A DNA stretch of 64,000 nucleotides, from positions 512,001-576,000 of the forward strand of contig OZ242372.1 of the NCBI GenBank assembly GCA_965209035.1. The letters are read 5' to 3'. The notes below the pieces were generated by a model. The model was not told where the DNA came from. It saw only the letters and a program-made list of their open reading frames with translations, and did no database searches. The stretch is from Gammaproteobacteria bacterium (GTDB lineage Bacteria; Pseudomonadota; Gammaproteobacteria; CBDBNL01; JAAOII01). Position numbers and translations under genes: made by a program. How positions within the stretch are numbered: position 1 is the first letter of the stretch; the number at the start of each line of letters is the position of its first letter. Below are positions 18,795 through 28,148 of the stretch, piece by piece.

Positions 18795-21067
18795 CCGCTT
18801 CGCGGCAGGTTACGGTCGCCCTGCCTCTGCCTATTCGTAAGACCTTCACCTATCTGTTACCGCCGGGAATTGACTCGGCGGAAATACCGCCCGGGGTGCG
18901 CGTTCTGGTTCCTTTTGGCAAGCGACGACTTCTCGGTTTTGTGTGCGAGAGCGAAACCCAAAACCGACAAGAGAACCGCGCCTATCAATTAAAAAGCGTG
19001 GAGAAGATATTGGACAAGAGTCCTGTCTATTCCAAGGTTCTGTATCAGTTATTGGTATGGGCTGCGGACTATTACCAAACGCCGCTCGGTATGGTCTTGG
19101 AAGCGGCATTACCGGTTGCTTTGCGGCGGGGCAAGGAGGCGAAACCTGCGGAATTCAAAATCTGGCGAGTGACTGAAAAGGGGGAGCGGACAGACCCCGC
19201 AACACTGACAGGTCATGTTCAAAGATCCTTGCTTGAAACCCTTATCATAAAAAAAGAAGCGGACGAAGAAACTCTGCGGGAACTCGGCTTCAAGGCGGCA
19301 AGTTTGACATCTTTGGCATCGTTGGAAAAAAAGAACTTGATCGCAGCGGAAAAAACGAAAAAAACAAAAAAAACGGGGCGGATGCCGACTCAACAGATCA
19401 AAAGCGGTAGCAAAAGCAGCACCTCAAACGAGCAGATCATCTTGACGGAAAGTCAACTGGCGGCTGCAAAAAAAATCACGGAAGCCGCCGACAAATACGG
19501 TTGCTATCTTTTGGAAGGACCGACAAACAGCGGCAAGACGGAAGTTTACATAGAAGTCATCAAGCATGTTATTAAAACAAACGGGCAGGTTCTCTACCTG
19601 GTTCCCGAAATTAACTTGTCGCCGCAAACAGTTGCCCGGCTGCAAGAATCCTTAAAAGACATGCCTTTAGGTGTGCTGAATTCCAAAATGAGCAATGCCG
19701 ACAGATTGCAAAATTATCTGCTCGCATCCTCCGGGAAGTTCCCCGTTTTAGTCGGCACACGCTCCGCAATCTTTACCCCCATGCCGAATCTGCGTTGTAT
19801 TCTCATTGACGAAGAGCAAGACAATTCTTATAAGCAACAGGATAACTTTCATTACAACGGCAAACATCTGGCAATCAAGTATGCCCAACTGCTGAAAATA
19901 CCGGTTGTCTTGGGCAGTGCCACTCCTTCCTTGGAGTCCTTGCATAACACGGCACGCGGTTATTATCATTCTATTAAATTACCGCCGCTTGAAAAGCGCA
20001 AAAAGAAAATAGTCCCGCTGGATATTTCCGGACGATACGCAGAAGACCCACTGCCCGACACAGTTCTTCTTGCCATAGAAAATCAACTGAAACAAAAAAA
20101 GCAGGTTCTGGTTTTTGTTAATCGACGAGGATTTGCCACCGTGGTCCGATGCCAAAAATGTGGCTGGATTCAAAACTGCAAATCTTGCGACAAGCCGATG
20201 ATACTTCACAAGAATCCGCCGACATTTGTCTGTCATCTGTGCGACAAGCGCGCAGCCGCCGGGATCCGCTGCCCGAATTGCAACAGCGATCAACTGCTGC
20301 CGATTGGCAGCGGCACCCAGAGAGTGGAAGAGTTTTTGAGACGCAAGTTTCCCGCTTACCCAGTGCTGCGCATAGACCGGGACAGTATGCGAGCGGCCGA
20401 CTCGCATATCAAGTTTTATCAAACTGTTCATAATGCGGAGCCTTCCATTTTGGTCGGAACACAAATGCTTGCCAAGGGGCATGATTTCTCAAATATTTTT
20501 CTGGGAATTATTGTTAATTGCGACCAGGGTCTTATTAACCCGGATTTTTACGCCAAGGAAGCATTCGCCCAAACTTTAATTCAAGTCATCGGGCGCATAG
20601 GTCGCCGGGCACCGGGCAGGGAGACTGCCGGCGAAGTGATCATTCCAACCTGTTATCCTAACAACGAGTTTCTGCGCAGTTTGGTTGGCGGCGGCTATGG
20701 TGATTTCGCCCGACACGAACTGGAACAACGCAAACGCTTGGGGCTTCCGCCTTACTCTTATTTGGCATACTTGCGAGCGGAAAACAAGCTGGCGGCTGCG
20801 GCTTTCCGCTTTTTGGAAGAAGTCAAACAACAAACACAAAACGCCTTACAAACAACAGACGAAGGATTTTTGTCAAAAGATATTCTGGGGCCAAACGAAT
20901 GCGTCATCGCCAAAAAAGCCGATTACTATCGGGCAGCTCTTGTTATCAAGAGTACGAGCAGAAAAAATCGGGCGGAGATCACCACAAAAATATGCGACAT
21001 AGCCGCCAAGAAACATATTCCCGGTACCCGTTGGTTTCTAAACACAGACCCGATCGAGGCAGCATAA
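18791..21067 (+). CDS. priA: Primosomal protein N'
   Basis: GPTNSGKTEVY, LVPEI, DEEQ, SATPS, four CxxC pairs, GTQMLAKGHDF. Confidence 0.96.
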   Translation: MTASRQVTVALPLPIRKTFTYLLPPGIDSAEIPPGVRVLVPFGKRRLLGFVCESETQNRQENRAYQLKSVEKILDKSPVYSKVLYQLLVWAADYYQTPLGMVLEAALPVALRRGKEAKPAEFKIWRVTEKGERTDPATLTGHVQRSLLETLIIKKEADEETLRELGFKAASLTSLASLEKKNLIAAEKTKKTKKTGRMPTQQIKSGSKSSTSNEQIILTESQLAAAKKITEAADKYGCYLLEGPTNSGKTEVYIEVIKHVIKTNGQVLYLVPEINLSPQTVARLQESLKDMPLGVLNSKMSNADRLQNYLLASSGKFPVLVGTRSAIFTPMPNLRCILIDEEQDNSYKQQDNFHYNGKHLAIKYAQLLKIPVVLGSATPSLESLHNTARGYYHSIKLPPLEKRKKKIVPLDISGRYAEDPLPDTVLLAIENQLKQKKQVLVFVNRRGFATVVRCQKCGWIQNCKSCDKPMILHKNPPTFVCHLCDKRAAAGIRCPNCNSDQLLPIGSGTQRVEEFLRRKFPAYPVLRIDRDSMRAADSHIKFYQTVHNAEPSILVGTQMLAKGHDFSNIFLGIIVNCDQGLINPDFYAKEAFAQTLIQVIGRIGRRAPGRETAGEVIIPTCYPNNEFLRSLVGGGYGDFARHELEQRKRLGLPPYSYLAYLRAENKLAAAAFRFLEEVKQQTQNALQTTDEGFLSKDILGPNECVIAKKADYYRAALVIKSTSRKNRAEITTKICDIAAKKHIPGTRWFLNTDPIEAA

Positions 21068-21099
21068 ACAGCGGCATAAACAGCGGCGTGAAAGGTGGT

Positions 21100-22218
21100 A
21101 TGAACAGCGGCATGAACGACAGCCGGAATATCGGCAACCGGGCATTGGCATGGCTGGATGGCGGCGGCGCCCGGGTTCTCGGCAAGATGCCGTGGGCGAG
21201 TGCGGACCCTTACAAAGTATGGGTATCCGAGGTGATGCTACAACAAACTCAGGTTACAGTAGTTCGCGCGTTTTATGTCAAATTCATTGAACACTTCCCC
21301 GATGTAACCGCCCTGGCAAATGCCAGCCCGGACAAGGTGATTCATCTCTGGGCCGGTATGGGATACTATGCCCGCGCTCGCAATATGCACAAGGCCGCCC
21401 GCATCATCGTCGACAAACACCGGGGGATCTTCCCCGACAACATAGAAACTCTTTGCACACTGCCGGGCATAGGACGCTCTACCGCCGGAGCGATCTTGTC
21501 AATGACGATGAATCTGCCACACCCGGTGCTGGACACCAATGTCAAGCGGGTTCTCATTCGCCTTAAAGGTATTCGGACCAAGCCCGGTGCCGCTGCCGAG
21601 CGCGAACTATGGCAAGAAGCGGTAACCCTGATGCCGGACCGACGCTTTGGAGACTACAACAAAGCGATGATGCATATCGGGTCCTTGATCTGCCGCCCAA
21701 AGAATCCCGACTGCGCCCACTGCCCGTTCGTTGCCGAATGTGTGGCATTTGCCGAAAAACTGACCGCAGAGTTGCCCTTGCGAAAAACACAAACTCGCAA
21801 GCAGGCACACGCGGTATTTTTTGCGATCATATGCAACAGACAAGGTGAATTGCTACTCCAACGCAGACCCGAAACGGGTATCTGGGGAGGCCTGCACTGC
21901 TTTCCCCGGTTTGAGACTGATGCAGAACTTGAAAGAGAAGTCACCCATCTCTGCGAAGATCTGGTTGAAAGCATCGCACCCTTGCCGACACGCCGGCATA
22001 TCTTTTCCCATCGTATCTGGTCTATTCGGCCGAGGTTGGTATTCGTCCAACCGGAATTTAAAGCGGACCGAATGGTGGCGGAAAATGAGAATTTATGGTA
22101 TAGTATGCAAAAGGAAGTGGCAACTATTGGCATGCCCGCTCCCGTTATTGCTTTAATAAAAGAAGTCAGAAAAAAAGTGGCAAGTAAAGAATCCGTATGC
22201 GCAAAGTATTTTGTATAA
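21100..22218 (+). CDS. mutY: A/G-specific adenine glycosylase
   Basis: WVSEVMLQQTQV, GYYARARN, HhH LPGIGRSTAG, Fe-S C-x6-C-x2-C-x5-C; start moved to ATG 21100. Confidence 0.95.
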   Translation: MNSGMNDSRNIGNRALAWLDGGGARVLGKMPWASADPYKVWVSEVMLQQTQVTVVRAFYVKFIEHFPDVTALANASPDKVIHLWAGMGYYARARNMHKAARIIVDKHRGIFPDNIETLCTLPGIGRSTAGAILSMTMNLPHPVLDTNVKRVLIRLKGIRTKPGAAAERELWQEAVTLMPDRRFGDYNKAMMHIGSLICRPKNPDCAHCPFVAECVAFAEKLTAELPLRKTQTRKQAHAVFFAIICNRQGELLLQRRPETGIWGGLHCFPRFETDAELEREVTHLCEDLVESIAPLPTRRHIFSHRIWSIRPRLVFVQPEFKADRMVAENENLWYSMQKEVATIGMPAPVIALIKEVRKKVASKESVCAKYFV

Positions 22219-22535
22219 AGTATCAAAAAGAATTACCCGGCCTGGAAAAAGAACCGATGCCGGGAGAACCGGGCAAATTCGTCTATGAACATATCTCCGC
22301 CCTTGCTTGGGAGGAATGGCTGCGTCATCAAACAATGCTAATCAACGAAAAGCGACTGCAACTGTTTGATGTCAAAACGCGCGCATATCTGAAAGAGCAA
22401 ATGCATCTTTATATGGAGAACAAAAATTATGACAAGCCGGCCGGCTATGTCGCACCGGCAGCCGCAGCCAAGGAAGCCGAAGAAGTCAAGGAAGTCCGGG
22501 AAGTCAAAGATGCCGAAATCTCGGATAAAGGATAA
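22197..22535 (+). CDS. yggX: Oxidative damage protection / Fe(II)-trafficking protein
   Basis: VFCIK, W..W.RHQTMLINE; follows mutY. Confidence 0.92.
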   Translation: MRKVFCIKYQKELPGLEKEPMPGEPGKFVYEHISALAWEEWLRHQTMLINEKRLQLFDVKTRAYLKEQMHLYMENKNYDKPAGYVAPAAAAKEAEEVKEVREVKDAEISDKG

Positions 22536-22577
22536 CAGGAAATACAAAAAAACAGGAGCAATAAATAAAGGAGCAAT

Positions 22578-22799
22578 ATGCCGGACGAACCACAAAATAC
22601 GGACTTTAATTTTGAAAAGAGTATGCAAGAAATTGATACTATCGTTGCATCCATAGAAAAAGGAGAACTGAGTTTGGACGAGAGTCTCAAGCAATACGAA
22701 CGCGGCAACAAGTTAATTCGTCTTTGTCAAAAATTTCTGGAACAAAAGAACAAACAACTGGAAGAAATTTCCGCACAAACAAAAGAAACTCCCGATTAA
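22578..22799 (+). CDS. xseB: Exodeoxyribonuclease VII small subunit
   Basis: FEKSM.E...IV..IEKGELSLDESL..YERG. Confidence 0.92.
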   Translation: MPDEPQNTDFNFEKSMQEIDTIVASIEKGELSLDESLKQYERGNKLIRLCQKFLEQKNKQLEEISAQTKETPD

Positions 22800-23712
22800 T
22801 CAAGAACACCCCGTAACCGGCACCTCGTTTGCAGGCAACATACGCGATCATAACGAAGTCCGTATCCAATTTTTACAATTTTTTGAAGAAGAACTGCATC
22901 AAAAACTCGGCTTGCTCGGCCAAGAATACCCCGAAAGCGGCGAGACAAACAAGGCAATACTTTACAGCAGTCTTACCACAGGCGGCAAACGCATCCGCCC
23001 CCTTTTGGCATATGCGGCGGCACTGACTGTTGCCGAAGAAGGAGACGATGTTCGCCCGAATGTCGCGGATGCGGCCATCGGTGTTGAACTAATTCACACC
23101 TACTCTTTGATTCACGATGATCTGCCGATTATGGATGACGACGATATGAGACGCAATATGCCAAGTTGCCATAAAAAGTTTGGCGAAGCAAACGCCATTC
23201 TTGCCGGAGATATGCTGCAGGTTCTTGCATTTGACCGGTTGATTAAGAATAACGACTATGATCTCCAAACAAAATATCAAATGTTCGGGACCCTGGTGCG
23301 CGCCGCTTTGGAGATGGTATCCGGTCAGGCGTTGGATATCACGGGAGAACAGAGTTTATTACCTTTGGCAAAAATAGAAAGAATGTATGAATTGAAAACA
23401 GCCTCCTTGATCACGGCTGCCCTAAAACTCGGAGCCCTATCCGGTCGAGACTGTTCGGAAGTCTTGCCAAATCTCGCGCAGGCCGGCAAAAAAATCGGAG
23501 TGGCTTTTCAAATACAAGACGACATTCTCGATCTGGAAGAAGAGCCGCGTGAAAAAGGAAAATCCACCTATCCCAATGCCGCCGGCATCTCGGTGGCAAC
23601 ACAAAGAAAAAACGAACTGCATCGTTTGGCAAAAGCCGACATTGAAGAGTTGGACGAGCGTGCCGATTTTCTGAGATATCTGTTTGATCTGATGTGCGAT
23701 CGGCAGGAATAG
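22795..23712 (+). CDS. ispA: Farnesyl diphosphate synthase (start uncertain, between 22795 and 22912)
   Basis: GGKRIRP, HTYSLIHDDLP.MDDDD.RR, GQALD, FQIQDDILD; follows xseB. Confidence 0.9.
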   Translation: MNQEHPVTGTSFAGNIRDHNEVRIQFLQFFEEELHQKLGLLGQEYPESGETNKAILYSSLTTGGKRIRPLLAYAAALTVAEEGDDVRPNVADAAIGVELIHTYSLIHDDLPIMDDDDMRRNMPSCHKKFGEANAILAGDMLQVLAFDRLIKNNDYDLQTKYQMFGTLVRAALEMVSGQALDITGEQSLLPLAKIERMYELKTASLITAALKLGALSGRDCSEVLPNLAQAGKKIGVAFQIQDDILDLEEEPREKGKSTYPNAAGISVATQRKNELHRLAKADIEELDERADFLRYLFDLMCDRQE

Positions 23713-23716
23713 GCAA

Positions 23717-24331
23717 ATGAAAAACTTCCTGTTAATTGCGGTTCTTTTATTTCTGACCTGGCAGCCTGTTTGGGGACAGGATGGGCCGGAACCGATTGAA
23801 GAAAACCCGCAACAACGGCTCAAGGAATTACTCGGCAATCTTAAAAGTTTACAAGGGAACTTTATTCAACACGAATACCAAGCGGGACTTGTGCCGGTGC
23901 GCACTCTAAAAGGGAATTTCAAAATGAAACGGGAACACAAATTGGCGTGGAAGGTGGCAAAACCCTATGTCCAATTTATTATCAGTAACGGAACCCATCT
24001 TTCCATTTACGACAAGGACATCCGTCAATTGATCATTCGCCCGTTGAACAAAGACGCCCTGCCGCCGTTCTTCTTGCTTAACGACGCCGGCTTTGAAGAT
24101 ATGCAAGTGACCTCCTTGGGAAAAGATGAGTTTTTACTGAGGGCGGCACAAGAAGGCGGCATTTACATGCGCTTTCAAGAAGATCTGCCGGTAGAAACAC
24201 ATTGGGAAGATTACAGCGGCCAACGCATTGTGCTGTTTCTCAGCAATATTGCGGCAAACAAACGCATTGCCGAAAGAAACTTCCGCTACAAACCGCCCGC
24301 AGGCACTGACATCATCCTACAAGAAGAATAA
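23717..24331 (+). CDS. lolA: Outer membrane lipoprotein carrier LolA-like
   Basis: Signal peptide, LQGNFIQ, W...KPY.Q.IISNG...IYD, F.YKPPAG.DI. Confidence 0.8.
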   Translation: MKNFLLIAVLLFLTWQPVWGQDGPEPIEENPQQRLKELLGNLKSLQGNFIQHEYQAGLVPVRTLKGNFKMKREHKLAWKVAKPYVQFIISNGTHLSIYDKDIRQLIIRPLNKDALPPFFLLNDAGFEDMQVTSLGKDEFLLRAAQEGGIYMRFQEDLPVETHWEDYSGQRIVLFLSNIAANKRIAERNFRYKPPAGTDIILQEE

Positions 24332-25470
24332 TGGCTTCGCAACCTCAGCCTCAACCTCGGGCAAGACGCATTAAAAGGGGAAGGGAAAGGGTCACGGTCA
24401 TCGGCGGCGGCAGTTTCGGCACAGTGCTGGCAAACATCCTGGCAAACAACGGACAATCCGTGTGCCTGCGACTGAGATCGGAAGAACTGGCAGAAGAGAT
24501 AAAAACAACCGGGTGCAACAACCGATACTTGCCCGGAATACAACTTGATAAAAGACTTGAATTGACCACAAGCATACAACAGGCACTCGCCGGAGCGCGG
24601 CTTGTTTTTATTGCGGTGCCGACCCGTTTTTTCACGGATGTTTTCAGACAGATGAAACCTTGGATCACCGCCGAGCATCTTCTCATCAGCACGGCCAAAG
24701 GTTTTGCCGGCAAAGACTTCATCCTAATGAGCGAGGTGATACGACAGGAATTGGCGGACAAAAAAGAAATAAACCCGGACCAATGTTTGGGTGTGCTTAG
24801 CGGTCCCAATATTGCCCGCGAACTTGCGCACAAGCATATTACCGGCTCTGTGGTGGCATCGCATAACCCCCAATTACGCGCTTTGGTTTGTGAAACGCTG
24901 GGAAACAAGTATTTGCATGTCTTTGAAAATGAAGATCTGTATGGCGTGGAACTTGCCGGTGCGCTAAAAAATATCTATGCCATCGCCGCCGGCATTTCGG
25001 ACGCCCTTGGATTTGGCGCTAACACAAAAAGCCTTTTGATTACCAGAGCCATTGCGGAGATGGCGCGATTTGCCGTCCGCTTGAACGCCGATCATCTGAC
25101 ATTTCTTGGTCTGGCGGGTATGGGCGACTTAATCGTTACTTGCAACTCTCCCGCCAGTCGCAATTATTCTCTGGGATATGCATTGGGTCAAGGGAAATCC
25201 CTAAAAGAGGCATTGGCGGAAAGTAGCGGCGTAGCGGAAGGAATCTATGCGGTGCGGGCCGCATTCAAAAAATCCGGGGAAATGGCAATTCACATGCCCT
25301 TGTTGGAAGGCGTTTACAATATTGTCTGTCTCAATAAGCGGGCGAAGCACATGTTATGGCATGCCATGCGAAACACGCCGCGCGAAGATGTGGAATATCT
25401 GCCGTCAATACCAATTAAAATGCCGATTAAACTGCCGATTAAAATACCGCTTAAACCGCCCGAAAACTAA
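24331..25470 (+). CDS. gpsA: NAD(P)H-dependent glycerol-3-phosphate dehydrogenase
   Basis: GGGSFGT, SGPNIA.E, GVELAGALKN, GDLIVTC.S..SRN. Confidence 0.95.
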   Translation: MASQPQPQPRARRIKRGRERVTVIGGGSFGTVLANILANNGQSVCLRLRSEELAEEIKTTGCNNRYLPGIQLDKRLELTTSIQQALAGARLVFIAVPTRFFTDVFRQMKPWITAEHLLISTAKGFAGKDFILMSEVIRQELADKKEINPDQCLGVLSGPNIARELAHKHITGSVVASHNPQLRALVCETLGNKYLHVFENEDLYGVELAGALKNIYAIAAGISDALGFGANTKSLLITRAIAEMARFAVRLNADHLTFLGLAGMGDLIVTCNSPASRNYSLGYALGQGKSLKEALAESSGVAEGIYAVRAAFKKSGEMAIHMPLLEGVYNIVCLNKRAKHMLWHAMRNTPREDVEYLPSIPIKMPIKLPIKIPLKPPEN

Positions 25471-25517
25471 AAAGAGCGTCATAGTTTTTGCACTCGTTTT
25501 TGCGATTATCTTTGCGA

Positions 25518-26279
25518 TCATTTTTCCCGTTGCCTTCGCCTCTCCGCCAAAGCACTTAGCACGGCAAGATCATCCGGACGGGTCAGTTTGATGTTCTCTC
25601 TGCTTCCTTCCACTATGCCAATAGGGGTGTCGGCATCATACGCCAAAATAACCTCGCAATCATCTTTGGGTGGGTTGGGGTTGGGTAGGTTGGGGTTGGG
25701 TAATTTTTTTTTGCCTATCGGGCAAGCCATCGAGTAAGCCGCATAGGCGGCGCGCAGCAGACCCAGTCTCGCCCCTTGCGGGGTCTGTATGTAAAAATGT
25801 TTCTCGCGTGGCAGAATACCGCGAACAAGTCCGCCGTCCCCCGCGGCCAAACTGTCACTTATGGCAACCGCCGTGGTAACCGCCGGATAGGTTTCCAAAG
25901 CCGATACACAGCGGTTAAAAAGCACCGGCTCCGCCAAAGGGCGTGCCGCATCATGCACGAGAACAATCGCATCATCCTCGTATGCGTCAAGCTGCGCGAG
26001 TGAAAGACGGATAGAATCGAAACGCGTCGCGCCTCCTTTCAAGGTTTTTTGCAACTTGCCGGTCGGAGGAATCGGCGGCATCTCCGCAGGCAGTGCGCTC
26101 GGTAGCACACTCGATAGCACCGGGAAAATATGTTGTATGCAATCACAGCCGCACATTGTATCCAGCGAATGAAACATTAAAGGTTTATCGTCAAAATTAA
26201 CAAACTGTTTTTCGGCACCGTAACGGATGCCCTTCCCGGCTGCCAGCAAAAGGGCAATAACCGGGACTTCTTTTTTCAA
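25518..26279 (-). CDS. ispD: IspD/TarI family cytidylyltransferase
   Basis: LLAAGKG.R, KQF, VLVHDAARP, QTPQG, NIKLT..DDL. Confidence 0.75.
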   Translation of the reverse strand: MKKEVPVIALLLAAGKGIRYGAEKQFVNFDDKPLMFHSLDTMCGCDCIQHIFPVLSSVLPSALPAEMPPIPPTGKLQKTLKGGATRFDSIRLSLAQLDAYEDDAIVLVHDAARPLAEPVLFNRCVSALETYPAVTTAVAISDSLAAGDGGLVRGILPREKHFYIQTPQGARLGLLRAAYAAYSMACPIGKKKLPNPNLPNPNPPKDDCEVILAYDADTPIGIVEGSRENIKLTRPDDLAVLSALAERRRQREK

Positions 26280-27133
26280 TAGCCCGTCGGATCCGATGAC
26301 CCGGTCTTCTTTTTATCGAAGTTTGGTTTCTCCCTGTAAGCATTGTTCAGGGAGACTGCCTTTTCCAACAGTTCAAACTTGGCGGAAACCTCATTGGCAT
26401 AGTAAGCAAACCCTTTGGTATCCTTCGGGAAGCAGGAGCCACCGAAACCGGGCATGCCGTCAAAACCGGGGACGCGCATATGCGAACCGCCGATGCGCTT
26501 ATCCGCCGAGACGATCTTAATAAATTCTTCCCAATCGGATGTCGCGCCAGTTTTGGTGTGAATATCTTTGAGTTGATTAAAGAAAATCACTTTGGTAGCC
26601 AAAAAAGTATTGATCGTGTACTTGGCGAGAGACGCACTTTTTAGATCGGTTTTGTAAACCGGACAAGGGGCACAATCCGAATGCTCTTTGTAAAGTTTTT
26701 CCACCAAATCCGCATGCCGCGGATCACCTCCCAAAATATGCATCGGCGGATTTACAAAGTCTTCAAGAGAATTTTTCTCGGTCAAAAACTCGGGATTATA
26801 CACAAGTTTCGGATATATGTCCGCCAACTCCGTGAAAGTTGTCGGCGGTGCGGTGCTTTTTACAATCAAAAGAATATCCGAGTCTGCCATCGCAAACTCG
26901 GTAATCACTTCAAATAATATTTTGTCTTGCACTCTGCCATCGGCAAGTGCCGGTGTGGGTACCGCAACAAACGCCGCATCCGGCCGCTTTGCTATCAGGT
27001 CTTGCAAGGTCAGTCTTGTATAAAGCGGATCCACAACCAATTTTTGAATGTTTCTTGTAAAACCGTAATCCACCGCTTTGCCAACAAATCCGTGGCCAAT
27101 AATACCGATGGTACGCGTTGCGTGTTCTGTCAT
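26276..27133 (-). CDS. Short UDP-glucose/GDP-mannose dehydrogenase family protein
   Basis: GHGFVG, VPTP, VKST, YNPEFL, KY..N.FLA.K, GFGGSCFPKD; only 285 aa. Confidence 0.85.
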   Translation of the reverse strand: MTEHATRTIGIIGHGFVGKAVDYGFTRNIQKLVVDPLYTRLTLQDLIAKRPDAAFVAVPTPALADGRVQDKILFEVITEFAMADSDILLIVKSTAPPTTFTELADIYPKLVYNPEFLTEKNSLEDFVNPPMHILGGDPRHADLVEKLYKEHSDCAPCPVYKTDLKSASLAKYTINTFLATKVIFFNQLKDIHTKTGATSDWEEFIKIVSADKRIGGSHMRVPGFDGMPGFGGSCFPKDTKGFAYYANEVSAKFELLEKAVSLNNAYREKPNFDKKKTGSSDPTGY

Positions 27134-27158
27134 AACTTCAAAACTTCAAATTGGGGTC

Positions 27159-28148
27159 CTAATAACTCAAAGTTTTCATCAGTTCCAAAAACAACTCATC
27201 CCGTATTTTTTTTTCGCTCGCCAATTGCATCCTCTCCGTCGCCTTTTGTCGATCCAAACTTTCTTCTTTTAAGTTCCACTTAATTTGTCGCACCGGGAGA
27301 TCATCGTAAAAAACCTCTATTCGCATATCCCGGCGCAGCACATGCCATTTTCCCTGTCGGTTAACTTTTTCCGCATCCAAAGAAATATCAAGTCGCAGAT
27401 TGGGAGATGCCGAAACAGGGCGCATCCCCTGTGCCGCCAGTGCCCCGCTGGCAACGGATATCAAGTCCGCATTCTCTCCCTGTGCCAAAAAAGTAAATTG
27501 CTCCGCTTGCCTCCTTACCAGGCTGCCCGTATCATCCGGGAGCTGTCGGTGGGATCTCTGCGGCTCTACAATCCGCAGTCTGCGGATCAAAAAATTATAG
27601 TCCGCAATCAATGCTTGCCGCTCAATCAGCGACAAAATAATTGCTTGAGGAGGCGTCCCCGCGTCGTTCGCGCTCAAAACTTCAATATCCCGTCTCAAGA
27701 GTTGCGCATCCTTCCTCCACCCGCTGGCGGCATCCTTTTTGTTGAGAACCGCAAGCGCATAATAAACCTTGTTTTTTTTATCAAACCATATCTCCGCCAC
27801 CTCGGCGCCTTCTATGTCTTCGCGGGAAACAGTCAATACCGAGCGCGACAGATAGTCACTCTTTTCTTCGGCTTCTCCCCGGGAAACCAAGTTTTGATTG
27901 TAAACAGAATCGTCTTCTATGCGGACGGAAAATATTTTGGCAAGATTGCCGAGAGCCCTCTCCTTCGCATCCGTGAGATCCGCAGCGGCATCCAAAGCGG
28001 TCAGATACTCACTTTCGGGATACTTTGCCGTCGCCTCTCGCAAAATTTGATTCGGGTCCACACTCTTTGGGGGTGCGGCCGCACCCCGGATCTCCGGCAC
28101 GGAACAAAATAATCCCAAAACCAGTAAAACGGAAAAAAATCTCATCAT
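27159..28148 (-). CDS. Exported LPP20-like protein
   Basis: Signal peptide; YP...YL.A...AKERAL..LAKIFSV.I pattern; in operon with LpoB-like gene. Confidence 0.55.
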   Translation of the reverse strand: MMRFFSVLLVLGLFCSVPEIRGAAAPPKSVDPNQILREATAKYPESEYLTALDAAADLTDAKERALGNLAKIFSVRIEDDSVYNQNLVSRGEAEEKSDYLSRSVLTVSREDIEGAEVAEIWFDKKNKVYYALAVLNKKDAASGWRKDAQLLRRDIEVLSANDAGTPPQAIILSLIERQALIADYNFLIRRLRIVEPQRSHRQLPDDTGSLVRRQAEQFTFLAQGENADLISVASGALAAQGMRPVSASPNLRLDISLDAEKVNRQGKWHVLRRDMRIEVFYDDLPVRQIKWNLKEESLDRQKATERMQLASEKKIRDELFLELMKTLSY

